Source: Lama glama (Eukaryota). Taken from it: a stretch of 64,000 bases of DNA. The notes under the pieces are model-generated. The model ran no database searches. It had not been told where the DNA came from and saw nothing but the letters and a program-made list of their open reading frames with translations. Both the position numbers and the translations under genes were made by a program. The stretch lies in NCBI GenBank assembly GCA_028534125.1, contig CM052817.1, positions 90,088,001-90,152,000 of the forward strand, written 5' to 3'. How positions within the stretch are numbered: position 1 is the stretch's first letter; each line of letters opens with the position of its first letter. Shown one piece after another: positions 1-12,737 of this stretch.

Positions 1-719
1 CAAGAAAAGTAAACTAGCCACACACATTCAAAATTTATAGTTTTTCTCTTGACTTTTTGGTTTTTTAAAGATATCTGTAATGAAACAGGTCAGATTGAGC
101 ACTTAGAAAAAAAGTAAGCAAAGCTCAGAGACTGGGCCGAGAAAAAGCAATAGTATACAACATAGGGTAAAAAGTCATTTTTTAGAATAAGAGGTAAGAA
201 CAAGACAATATTATGGCTGAGGTGCTGAAGTTGAGTTCACAGCTGTACTAGTACATAGGAATTCTGATAATAAATACAAATTCCAGACAGAATAGGATAA
301 AGAGAAAAAAATGGAAGCCTGCACAAGCGTAGTGATGACTCTTGATTTTAAAATGGGCATTTGGGTGTGATTCTCTTGGAGAACATTATATACTTGGAGT
401 GAATGGCATCAAATGAAACTCAAGTTGCAGAATGGGAACCTACTGTTTATTCCAGAGACTACATTTCCTGAGTCTATGAAGGTGACAATGTTATCATTGA
501 ATAGATTGGTAGAGATGAGAGAATGTGGCTATTAGCAAATACATCACAGTAAAGTCTGATCCAGGGATACCACAGAATGACCATATTGAGAATGAGGAGG
601 ATTAACAGTTTGAGAATTTGGTAGAAAAAAAGAAAATGGTCACTAATAACTACTATCAAAGCTGTGTTTTCTTACTGTGTTCCATGCCTTCTTAGTTACC
701 CAATATGATCCTTAAGCCG

Positions 720-1452
720 TGAAATTCTAGAGTCACTTTTAAACAGCTCCTCTTCTTTCAGAGTTTAAAATCAGCTGATAAATCAATTCTTTGACTACAA
801 TATAACCAGCTGTTTTTTTAAATTTAAGTTGCCGTTATCTGTTAGATTATTCCAGTTGTCTCTTAAATACATCCTTTTCCACAGTTTTTCATTCAGTCCA
901 CCTGTAGGGCCCCAGAATGGCACTTTTGAAGCATAATCCCAACCATTAACTTTTCTGTTTCAAAACTTTTGAATCCATCATATGTATAGAAATTCATATA
1001 TTATTACTGAATATTAGTCAAATTTTCCTTATAATCTGATCTGAATCTCCTATCATTTAAATACAATTTTCTAAGGCACTTCCGATTTCTCAACATTCTT
1101 TAATGTACACTGTATATTGTCATTTCTGCTCCTGTGTTCACATTATTGTCTCTAAAAAGAAAATCTCTTCCATCTCTGCCCATGGAAATCTTATCTGAGC
1201 ACCCATCTCTAGCCTTTCCTGATTCTTTAGGTCATAATTTATTTTTTCCCTTTCCCTGATTTCATTATACTTTTTCTGTTCCACTACATGAGATTTCATT
1301 ATGATACAATGTTCAGTCCAATGTATTAATGCACCTCTCTGTTTTCCCGTAACTTAGGAACTAAGACAGTATCCTTTTTGTCTTTATCTTTATTTTATTT
1401 GCTTGTTCAATGTCTCGCATGGTAGTTGCTTAATAACAGGTTGAATCTGATG
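720..1452 (+). mobile_element. Highly decayed L2 LINE 3' fragment
   Basis: Pyrimidine-rich body ending in tctcgcatggtagttgcttaataacaggttgaatctgatga, similar to the L2 3' terminus (ggcacatagtaggtgctcaataaatatttgttgaatgaatga). Confidence 0.5.
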
Positions 1453-3034
1453 ACCTTCTTTGTGCTGTCCTACAGCATTTGCTACATTTAGAATCCATGT
1501 GAAATCAACAATCTTGCAGGCCTTAATTTTTGTGATTACCACAAGAAAGTTTATGATTTTCATTTGTATACCTTAGTGTTTATTAAGTTATCTGGCATCC
1601 TAAAATTATGTATTTTTACTTTGCTCTGCTTACCTCCATGTTGGTAGTTTGTTACAAATTAGAAAATGGACTTGATTTAGGCATGCATATATTAACACCT
1701 AGACTGCATGTGCAATGGAAAAATCTTACTAGCTTCATGCAGAAAGGTCATCTCAATACTAAGAATAGTCAAATACCAGTTAGTAGTTTTGATAGCAAAT
1801 ATATAGCTATCTTTTATGAAGACAATAAACAGCAAGTTAGACTAATTCATTTGTGTTCCAGAGTCAGTTCAATGTCAGTGTGTTGACATATTCTTACTGC
1901 CAAAGAATACCTTATGCACAGAAACATCCAAGGACATTCTGTAACTAAGTGTTACAGAGAGATTATTAGATAATTTTTAAAAAGTCAATTATAGCCTTAT
2001 AAACACAGTATGTGAAACTGGAAAGTTCTCAAGGAAATAAGTTCAAGGATGGTGACCTTCAATAGCATAGATAGTAAGTTAAAATAATCAAATGAAACCA
2101 GTCTAGGAAGAAACAAACAAGATAAAGGGTAAGAAAGTTTATAGAAACAATATTCTTGAAAATAAAGAGATCCATGTGAAATACTAAATTTATAAAAACA
2201 AAAATCTGAATGGAAAAAATCCTGTCTTCTATGGGAAATCTCAAAAAATGGTGAAATACATGTATTTACAACACGACTGAACATTCCCTGGATAGAGAAT
2301 GAAGTGGAATTAGCATTAGCAAGGTAGACAAGAAAGTGGACCCTTTATTCACAGAAATCAGCTTTCAGTATTTAAAAAAAATATTCTAAAACTTTGGTAC
2401 TAGTCTAATTTGAGACATGGAGAGAAAAGGGAGAAAAAGATTTATGTGCCTTTTACTGAGTCACTTTTACTCCTGCTCAGCCTTGACATTATTTTTTTCT
2501 TTCAACTGCATGAATGTATCTTGCGATGAATAAATAATTTGCAAATATATGAGTCAACAAAGAAAGAAATGCAGACTTGCAGACTGATAATGGAAATTAC
2601 AGGGGCTATAAAATATCATATATTGTGTAGCCATTAAGACGAAAGGAATAGGAGAAGTTATAAATAACCCACATAATTTTTTAAAGGACTGCTTTTTAAA
2701 TATTCTTTGTGGAAGTATAACTGATAAAAGTCCAGCCATTTTTCATGTGAAATCATTCTTCTCAATAAGCAACTTGTTAAAGTGAAAAATCAGAAATGGC
2801 CACACTGGCATTGTTCTATTCAGGACTTCTGAATGAAATGTCATCTCCTGTCCACAGTCTCATACATGAGTAAAATGTTGAATAGTTTTCAATATACAGG
2901 TGTCACACAACAGAAGTGTAAAAGCCTATAAAAATAATGCATATATTGTGGAACGAAAAGAAACTGCAAAGGTAGGAAACACATGATATCGCCAACTTAT
3001 GTGATCTTTACAATTTATAAAGTATTTTCAGGTA

Positions 3035-3165
3035 CGTTTTTTCAACTTAATTCTCCTAAGAACTCTGTAATCTGGCCATCCTTAATCCTCTTTTGCTGAT
3101 AAAGATACCTAACATCATTAAATGACTTGCCTGATCTTGCAGATTGTTAGATCTTTTGATTTTAA
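3035..3165 (-). mobile_element. MIR SINE fragment
   Basis: ttaattctcctaagaactctgt...ttttgctgataaag...attaaatgacttgcctgatc matches the reverse complement of the MIR core. Confidence 0.55.
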
Positions 3166-4929
3166 AGTCAAGTGGTAGAGAAGTGATAAATCTAGGAAAA
3201 GGCAAAAAATAAAAAGGTATGAGAGAGTAGTATCTTATATTTGCAAGAATGGCTTAGGGCTTACACTTACTGACTTGGCTTGCTGGACTTACTGTCAGAT
3301 AGGAAAGAATAAGATGTCAGAGAACAAAAAATACTCTATCGAAAGACCCTCATATTAATCCTCAGGTTGACAGAAACAATTTAGTATTATTCCTGATTAT
3401 CAGTTAGTTATAGAACATCCTGACAAGTAAAAGGGACCAACTTACTCAAATTCCATGTTGGAAAAATTTGAAAGCTGGGGCAAATCAGGTCTTCTAACTG
3501 CTACTGATAGCTGCAGGTTGGGGAGCAAGGCTGGCCAGCAGGATGATGTTGGTAGGTAGGGTGGGTGAGAGTAGTTTATTTATTGAGTCCATACTTACTA
3601 AACCACCCAACAAATACCTCATGAATGTCACCTTGGTGAGAGACAATTTGTGAGTCATGGAGAATATCCACAGCTGATTTTAATCACAAAAATAAGATTC
3701 AAGCAGGATCTTAAAATATTAGATTCCAACGTCAATGTTAGTATATCATTTGCATACTAATATGTTTATAGTAGCTTTCAAAGTGGCTAAAAACTAACAA
3801 AACTGGTTTTGAAGCGGAAGAGTTACTCAGAGGAACTAGTATGCTGAAAAGTGATTGGTTTATACACACAAGAAAATACTCTCTGATCCACTGGTCAGTC
3901 TGTTTATTTTAATTCAGGAAAATACTTGCCACAACACTTTCTCTGTGGATAAAGATGACTAATAATTGTATATTTTCTAAATATGTAAATGAATTAAGCC
4001 TCTCAAATAATTCAACTGCCCAGAATCAGCTTTCTTTGTCTGTCTCTCACTTAATTTTCTGCAGTTAGCTGCTACTTGCAAAAATTATTTAGTCCTGAAA
4101 ATAAAATCCACAAAATGTTATAATTTCTTGAGCCTCTCTTCCATTAAAATGATTGCATTTATGTTAAGCCAGCATTTTAAAAACGTATCTGTAGTTTTGT
4201 CTCTAATTATCTCCTCATGAGAAAAACTGATCATTCAGATGTACTTAATAATTTGGCCTACCAATATATATTTACCTAAGCAAGCCTGCATGCACATGAA
4301 AAAGCAGGTATTTAAAATGACTTCTGTTTTCATTATCAATATGTCTAAATACGAATTTTTCAAAGATGAGAACCAACTCATTGATTTGTTTTCTAAGTCA
4401 TGCTAATGAACATTTTGGGAAAATCAAGACGCATACATATTTTTTGAGACAAGATGCTCCTATATTACAACACTATATTAACAGCACAAAGCTTCATTTA
4501 TCCTCAAAATCCTTGAGGAAAATGACATTCCAGAAAGATGAGCCATTTTAAACTGTGATTTAAAGGATCACTGCCTCATTGCTGAAAGATGGTGAACACT
4601 ATTTTGTTACATTTCAGCTACCATATTGAGATTCTTTGGTTTGGAACAGAGCTGCTATCTTCCAATCTAGAACATTAGTTTATCCAGGAAGGCTGTTGAC
4701 AAAATATTTTTTACCCATATTTAATGGAAATGTTTTTATTTTCAACTAAATATATGATCCTATTAAAATTATTGCAAACAAAGTATAATGAAGAAAACAT
4801 AAATCATGTGTGTCTAATCATTCTAATTCTGGTGTCCATATATCTGCTTTCTCTGTCTCTTTTTCTTTTTCTTACTCTTTCCCTCTCTCTTGCCTTTCTT
4901 TATCTCTCATTTCTCTTTCTGTGTGTTTT

Positions 4930-5680
4930 AAGGAATAATGAGATATTACATAGTTTTGTAACCTGCTTTGTATATTGAATGTCAAGTCATGCATTTTCAT
5001 GCCATAAAACCAGCTATACATCATTATTTTAAAGGGTAGCATATTTCATTGCATGAATATTTATTTTTAATGCATTTAATGAATCCTTTCTTTTAAAGTG
5101 CTCTTATTTTCTTTCCATTTTTTTCTTCAAACTATAAACAGTTTAAAGAACATTGTAAAGCTGGTAATTTTCTAACTGTAAATTTTAACAATAGGGTGCC
5201 TGGTAAAATGGTATATATATTTTTGGGTTTTTGACCTATTTTATCATAGTGTTCTTGGAAAGTGTGTATCAGTTCTACATTCCTATCAACAAGCTTTGAG
5301 GGTCATTTAAGTTTCCCCTTTCTACTCGTTCTTAGTCTTAAAATTCTGCTATTTGTAATAATCAATAATGCTTTTTTATAGTAATTGTAATGTCTGCCTT
5401 TGGTTCACAGTTACGTTGAAAACATTTTTCTTTCTTTTTGCTTATTTGGATTCCAGATTTCATGAAGCACCTATTCATATCTTGAATTTGTTTTTATTTT
5501 AACTGACTTATGTATTTTATATACTAAGAATGTTCAAACTTCTGGGTCTTGTTTCAGATTCTCTTTTCCAGTATTATTTGTTTTTCAATCTTGATTGCAG
5601 TATTTTAGACACTTGTATTTAGTTCTGTGTGCTCAAATCTGTTTTTTTATTTTCTGATAGTGGTATACCTTTTGAAATGC
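4930..5680 (-). mobile_element. Ancient L1 (L1ME-like) 3' fragment
   Basis: T-rich decayed antisense L1 3' sequence (ttttgtaacctgcttt..., tacattcctatcaacaag..., cacctattcatatc). Confidence 0.55.
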
Positions 5681-5874
5681 ATTCAGTGCAATACAAGAGA
5701 TGGTTTTTCTCTGTTACTTTGCCGGCTGGTGGGGAGTTACTAGGGAAACATTAGGAATATCAACTGCTGACAGCTGCTCTTCTAATTTGACTGGTCCCAG
5801 AGTGTCACACAGCCTGAAAATATTTTTATGGATCGGGCCCAAGTAAATGATCTGTTTGCTTTTACTCTTTTAGC

Positions 5875-6055
5875 ACACGTATCTCCCACAACATCCCCAT
5901 GATGTCCCTAACTGTTACCATTCCTGTCTTACATGTGGGGGAGCTAGCACATGAGAGGGGAAGACGTGTTACTAAGTTTGCATGGTAGAAATTGGCAAAG
6001 CTGAGCTCTGAACCCAACCTGTCTTATTTCAGAGTTCACACTCTTAACCCCTTCA
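5875..6055 (-). mobile_element. MIR SINE
   Basis: ctcccacaacatccccatga...ggcaaagctgagctctgaacccaacctgtc...ttcagagttcacactcttaacc resembles the antisense MIR core and tRNA head. Confidence 0.7.
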
Positions 6056-6744
6056 CTCTTACTGCTTCTTGAGTCGGTCTTGTCTTGCTTTTTAATGAGC
6101 TTCCCTGTAGGTCCCTTGTGTGGCTGTGTGGCCAAAATGCATCCCCTTTAGAAACTCAAACTGTTTATTTTAAGCTTCACTTCCATGAACCTCATTTATG
6201 ACCTTTTCCTGCAGAGAATGATTGTGTTTTAAAACTGCACTAATTTCTCTGTTTCTAGCTTCTGTATAGACTCACTCTAAGCTTTTTGTCTGTTCTTGTA
6301 CCACTGGGAATTACCAGAAGGAAATTTTCTTTGAGCTCCCTATTACTGTAGGTATGCTAAATGCTGGCTTTAAATAGAATGGCACTCTTTGATACATTCA
6401 AATTATTTATATAGAAATGTAGCATTCCCCCCAACCTTAACTTTATTGTGCATTTTATTATATAATGAAATATTAATTAATTAATACTTGTGAGCAACCC
6501 TGGGGTCTGTTTATCATTACTTTGCTCTGCTTCATTCAGATATGGCCATTTCATGGACTTCAAAGGTGTCTCTGTGTTGCATAGCACAGAAACGTGCCAC
6601 AGAACGCTGTGGCTGGAATTTACTGATTGTCTTTGTCATTGGCTGCTTTAGAAAATTCAAATTTAACAGCTTCAATTTTTCTAAGGAATGTAGACTGTTG
6701 GGAAGATGTATTTAATTAAGGCATGTACATGAAGGATGTAAGAA

Positions 6745-6900
6745 GGCAAGAAAACAGCCCTGAGTATAAAGTCAGAGACCTAGGTAACATTTTAGTTTCC
6801 TCACTTCATAACTTAGTGATTTTAAAAATGTTAAGCTTTTGAATCTTGATTTCCTCAACTGTAAAATGTCAGTAATAAAATATGCCACTTACACATTGCA
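6745..6900 (+). mobile_element. MIR SINE
   Basis: agtcagagacctagg...tttcctcaactgtaaaatg...taataaaata is the MIR core signature. Confidence 0.7.
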
Positions 6901-8379
6901 CAGATACTGAGATAACTGGAATGGAAATGAAGAAATGAAGTAATATGGTAGGTGAATATAATTTGTTAACAGTACCCTGTAAGCATATGAGATTCTGTAT
7001 GTGATTTAATATAGAATTATCAATAAAAATCATGGCAATACCAGACAATGTATATAAGCAGTGGCAAAGCATAAGTGCAGTGAATTATTTTCTATTTAAA
7101 TTTTAAAATAACAAATATCCGATATTACTATTGTTATTATAATTTTATATAACCATTTTGGGAGTAGTTTATTAAATATAGAATCAGTCCCTGCTTGATG
7201 AGCAAATATTTGGCCATTATATGCTAAACCATTCTTAAATGTTTTTGTATTACAACTTCTTGTTAAAATTAGGTAAGTTAAAATTTGTATGTGTGTTCTG
7301 TATGTCACTGAAATTAGGTTGAAGTTCTAATTTATGTGTGTGTTAAATAATTTGTCCATTTGTTTCTTCCTCATTTTATGTTTCTAGTGGATTTCATTAG
7401 TTTTTGGAGAAATAATACATTTTAAGTGAATTCAGTGATTTGGAATGAAGATTTATTTACAGAAATCATTGTTTTTCATAAAAGTGTTCCTAAAAGTGAT
7501 TGCTAATTATTCTCAGAAACAAAAAAGCTTGTATTTTGAGTACCAGGAATGGCTTCATGTTTTGCTCTGAATACAACACCTGGGAAACATCATCTGAGGG
7601 TGACTTTGGTTATGATGCTTTTTAAGACTGCCTTTAATTGCTTTTGCATTGAGCTGTATTCATGAATGTGCATTCATCAAAGAATGAAGAGCAATGTGAC
7701 ATTTTCAAGTTTCACTAAGTCAACTAGCATCCGTTGCCATAGTACTCAGAAATGAGGGAACCAAGAAAGAGCTGAGCTGCTTTTCATTATGTGTTGAAAG
7801 ATGTCAGCAGGATTAAAGTGTCAGAGCAAAAAGAAGAAGAAAAAATGATGAAGAGAAAGTGAATTACTTTGCAAATGGTTATTAATGAATATAAAAAGCA
7901 AACATAACAGCCAACATTTTTTGGAAGGTGACAAGATATGAAAAAGTTGTACTTATAGGAGGGGTGATTTTATTATTTTCAAAAAGCATACAAAATGTCT
8001 GAACTTGCCCCTTCCTTTGTAAAATGAGAAGTAATCTCCATATGCCTAATGTCTCCTAATTTGAAAAGACTCTCTCCTCTGTTAGGTAATAGATCAGGCT
8101 GTTTTTCTGCCTTGGAGAGAAAATAGATATCTGAGAATAATTTGTGTGCCCTTAAAATATCCTTTGAATGAAATTAATATTCAAGCATGTACTTGATAAT
8201 TAGGTCTGGAACTGCGTAAATATGTATAATATTTAAAAATAAAGATACAACCTTATTTATATATGGTGGCTTCATGACTTGTCCTTGTAAATTTCTTGAT
8301 TTCCCAGTGCCTGAATTTTGATAATGATACAATATTTATGCTATACAGGCAGCGCATTTGGTATCATCAATATTCCGAT

Positions 8380-8960
8380 CTCTTTTCTGAGATCAAGATT
8401 TCTGGACTTCTTTCCCTGATCTCTACTTACTATTCTGAGTTCTGTCACTTTCCAACAAGCTGAATATTGTCCTCAGTCAGTCAGCATCCCAGTGACTTTA
8501 CCTCCTTCCATACTTCTGCTTCACTTCAGAATCTCCATGGTCTTGACTTCCTGTTGTACCTGCCATTTAATCCCTCAACCTACCTCCTGATACTTGAGCA
8601 CTGCTGGAGAAAGCTAACCAAAGAGGTTGATTGGATCCACTACAAATCCAGACTACCAAATCTCATGTAGATCTGCTTCACCTCTGAGAAAACTGGGATT
8701 CCCAATTTCAGTATTTTCTCTTTCAAACGTCCTCCAGTCTCTTTAACTTTAGCCTAAGCTCCCATACACATCCTAAAATTATTCTATCCTCCTACTCTGT
8801 ATTTATGATTACTGTTAAATGAAATGGTGTCCTTCAGCTTCCCTGTTTCACCTAAAAATGTACATTGGTTTTCACTCACTTTTTTTTTTCATTTTGCGTC
8901 TCTTCATCACCAGACCCTCCACCTAAATTCTTAATCTCATCTTCTTTGTCTTGCAAATTG
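8380..8960 (+). mobile_element. L2 LINE ORF2-region remnant
   Basis: gagcactgctggagaaagctaacc...gattggatccactacaaatcc resembles the conserved L2 ORF2 stretch, in a pyrimidine-rich context. Confidence 0.6.
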
Positions 8961-10756
8961 AAAGTAGGAATTATGATGGATTAAATAGGACCCTAGTCTA
9001 GCAGTAGTGCAAGCCTAAGAAAAAGCCTCCATGGTTGACGTGTGTAGAAAATTCATTCAGCATTATTCTAAGACTCCCTTCAGGAAATCTTAGCCATTTA
9101 AAATCATGATTGCAACAAGAGATTATGGGAATGAAAGCCACGCACTTTTTTGTAAAAACTGAGTTAAAATAAATAATAAGTAAGCAAACAAACCTTCCAT
9201 TAGCGTAGGCACTACTTTGAATAGTGCTCCTATATTGTCTTTAAAATTAACCAAGAGTCTGCAAATAGTAGCTCATATGATTCGTTCACACCATTTTACT
9301 GAAATAATACATCAATTAGAACATTGTTCACAAAACTCTCTTGTGATAGAAATAATTCCTGTTCTTTTTTTCTACAATTAGAAAAATTGAAATTGAGGAA
9401 GGGATTTCCTTTGACCACAGGATGAGAAAAAATGTGCCCCCTAATAGATTAAAATAAACTTGCATCTTGTAATTTAGTGTTAATCTCAGTGAAGCATTGT
9501 TGATGATAAAATATTTCATACGCAGCAGATTGTTTAGGAAATGAGACAGCCATGTCAACATTAAGTTGGAAGACTTCTGAGATGAAAATGTCAAACTCAG
9601 ATGAAATGGTGACTCAGAAGGCAGAAATTCAAAAAATGGACTCCTAGCAAATTTTGCCAGAGTGCCTGAGGCACTTCCCCATCTGTATGTGTAACATGCA
9701 TTTAACTATTGTAAAGTTTCTCCAACAGTCCTGGGAAGTGCTATGACAGTAACAAGGAAGATTGATAGCAGATCCCATGCCTCTTTGTTAATCACATTAA
9801 GAACGCTGCTTTGTACTCTCTCATGTTGTGTCTGGAAATATATATGCCCAACACACCATACTGAAAACTTTTATCCTATTACCCATCTGCTGCCAGTAAA
9901 TGATCAGTTTAAATGCAAAAATGGGTGCTGGGGGTGTGAAACTCAAAGAATTGCCAAACACACCATTTTTTATAACCCTCATTCTTCCAATTGCCTTTTG
10001 GGAAATGAAAGAACCTAACACATACCACATTTTGAAATACTTCCTTAGGGGATTTAAATTATATTTCTGGTAACTTGATTTATATGCTAATGACAAGCAT
10101 GTCTTCAAATATTAGAGTTGGTAATTTTAAATACATAGATTTGGCATAGTGACTATTATTTGTTTTTCATCATAGTTTATGATGAAACTCAGTATTAGAA
10201 TGTGGAATTTATGAAAACATATTTCCTTCCATTTAGCTGGAGGAGTTCCTCATCAGTTCCCAACCCTACAGTCAGATAAATAAAAAGACCTTAAGAGTTG
10301 CAGCAAGAGGAACAAATAAATAGTGGTGAGTACATTTCATCAGTTGGGGAGATAAAATTTATTTCTTCAATTACTTTGTGACCATCTGCAGGTTATAAAG
10401 AGGAATGTGCATTAACACAATTAACCATCTATTTTCTCTTTTAATTGCACTTGTGGGTTCATTTCTGAGTACTCTAATCTGTTTTTCTCTATTGTCGGAA
10501 GTTAAGGGCAATGCCCAACTTATTTTTCTAAATAAAGAGACTATTTGGGTAATAGATTTTTTTCAGTACTTCTGGAAATAATTAATAATAATAAAATAAT
10601 TCTATAATAAAGATACAATCAATCATACTGATAAGTTGTTTACTAGAAATATTTCAAAAAGATGAGGACTGTATCCAAATTGGAGGCAAAATTATTCAGG
10701 TCAATAGACCAGTTGCAATTTGCTCACATGGTGGAATGACCAATTGGAACTGGTAA

Positions 10757-10925
10757 ACAGTATAACATAGTTGTCAAGTGCAAGGTATCAACAAGTAAAG
10801 TGTCTAGGTCAGATCCTGGCTGTACCACTTAACAGCTATGTGATCTTGGGCAAATTTCTTTATCTGTAAAATGATGCTAAAAGCTGTACCCGACTCTTGT
10901 CATGATTGTTGTAAATATTAAATTC
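10757..10925 (+). mobile_element. MIR SINE
   Basis: atcctggctgtaccacttaacagctatgtgatcttgggcaaattt...tctgtaaaatga closely matches the MIR consensus. Confidence 0.8.
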
Positions 10926-11649
10926 ACAAATCAGAAAGACTATATATTACCATACATGTACTATCCCATTGTCTAAAAATTTTATGAATAAAACTGTACA
11001 ACCCTGTAGATGAGTCATAAATGAGTCCTAATGATACAAACTACTGTGTAGAATGATGGAATATCTTTGAAAGAGATCTACAACTCTGAAGAAGTACAGT
11101 CTAAGAGAATAGCCTATGTCAAGTAGGAGCATCAAACCCATTTTCACCTTAATGGATATAAATGTCTCATTGACTATATTAATGGTGAGCATTTTACCAT
11201 ATATAATTGATTTTCAGTTGAGATTATAACCAGGCTTTATTTCTTCTAATGAGGATGTTTGTACTTTTGGGAAACACGGCTTAATTTAAACTTGGAAGGA
11301 AGGAAAACATATCAGAAAACATGATCTGTAAGTTAACAAAAGATCAGCCAATTTCATATATAAAAAACCAAAGTATTTTGTTAGTTTCTTTCTTTTAGAA
11401 TAGGTAACAAAAACTTAAGGCTAAAAGATTTAGAAAAAAGACCCGTTATATTACCAATAAGATACTTCCAAATAGTTGTCTGAAACTCAATAAAATTTAA
11501 GTACAGTCTTCAAATAGGCAGTAATTGCTAATCATTACTTTGATGTAGAATCTCAACTGTTACAGCTATAAATCATTCTCATTATGGTTATTTAGTTCAT
11601 TGCCCTCTTAATGGTTATTTTCGTAGTTAAGAAGAAACACAATATTCTC

Positions 11650-12087
11650 TGTAGAAGCAGGAACCTTGTTCACACATCAACTTCTCAACCCAATTTGGGT
11701 GGAGACACCGGATTTGAAGGGTCCAGTTGAAAAAGAGGGAATTGGAAAGAGTGGGAGGAATATTCATGACTTATCTGAGAACAGGAATGTGGTTTGGACT
11801 CAGAACTGATGCAGCTCTCCTTTTCAGTCCTTGTATGGGCTTTTCTGATTGATGTTATGGCAACTGTCAGCCATCTTGGCATGGGTGAGTGTGTCATCCA
11901 ACATGCTAATGTTTTACAAGGAGCATATAAATGAGGCTTAGCATTCACTGGAAGTCAAATGTTCTGCCATCTTTGGCCTAGTTGATTCTAACCAGTTCTT
12001 GTTATTTCTCTTTAGAGCTTCCTCCTGAAACTTAGAGTAATCAGTTTCCATTCAAGGGAGGGGCAAGGGAAAGATTCTGGGGCAACA
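11650..12087 (-). mobile_element. Solo ERV1-class LTR (MER31/MER67-like)
   Basis: TG...CA termini (tgtag...gcaaca). Internal motifs tattcatgac, gttatggcaactgtca, catgctaatg and gccatcttt resemble MER4-group LTRs read antisense. No clear TSD. Confidence 0.6.
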
Positions 12088-12571
12088 GCTTTGGTGAAAA
12101 TTTTACCAGAGAGAGAGAGAGAGAGGTACATAGATCAGCAAGGCTGGTTGTGTCTGACACAGAAAACTGTGCCTAATAGGAAAAATGGCAAGATGCTGAG
12201 TTAGTCATATGTTCTTTCTCTGAAATTTGAACAGAAAAATATTAAGATAGCCACACAGTAGCAGAAAGAGAAACAAGAAAATACGTAATGAAAGACATAT
12301 CAAGAGAGGAGGATGATCATATGAACAAAACTAGAATGAGCAGAGTTAACTTCCTTTCACTTAAAAAAAAAATTAATGGCACTCTCTCCCACCCTATTGG
12401 AAACAGATGTTTTTCAACTCTAAAAAAAAAAAAAAAGAGTTAATGTAGATAATATAAAAGCATACTGAATATAGTTGCAAAGCTAAATTGTCATTGCTCC
12501 TTGCCTTTTGAATTAATTTTTTTAGAAGGGAAAGTATGTAATTTTATCCTTAATTGGAAAAATTAAAAAAG

Positions 12572-12737
12572 TATTTTTATTGAACTATAGTCAGCTTACA
12601 ATTTTGTGTCAATTTCTGGTGTACAGCACAATGCTTCAATCATATAGGAACATACATATATTCTTTCATTTTTTTTTAACCATGTTACCTCAAGATATTG
12701 AATATAGTTCCCTGTGCTATGCAGTGTAAACTTGTTT
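12572..12737 (-). mobile_element. 5'-truncated camelid-type L1 3' end
   Basis: tttttattgaactatagtcagcttacaattttgtgtcaatttctggtgtacagc...gaatatagttccctgtgctat. Same family as the copies at 50958, 58010 and 60298. Confidence 0.85.

Noticed and set aside
6259..6351. Possible + strand exon (tttctag ... tag|gtatgc)
   Set aside because: Stops in all frames, a mediocre donor and no supporting neighbouring exon.
7733..7746. RFX X-box-like GTTGCCATAGTACT
   Set aside because: The second half-site lacks the conserved AAC, and it is an isolated motif.
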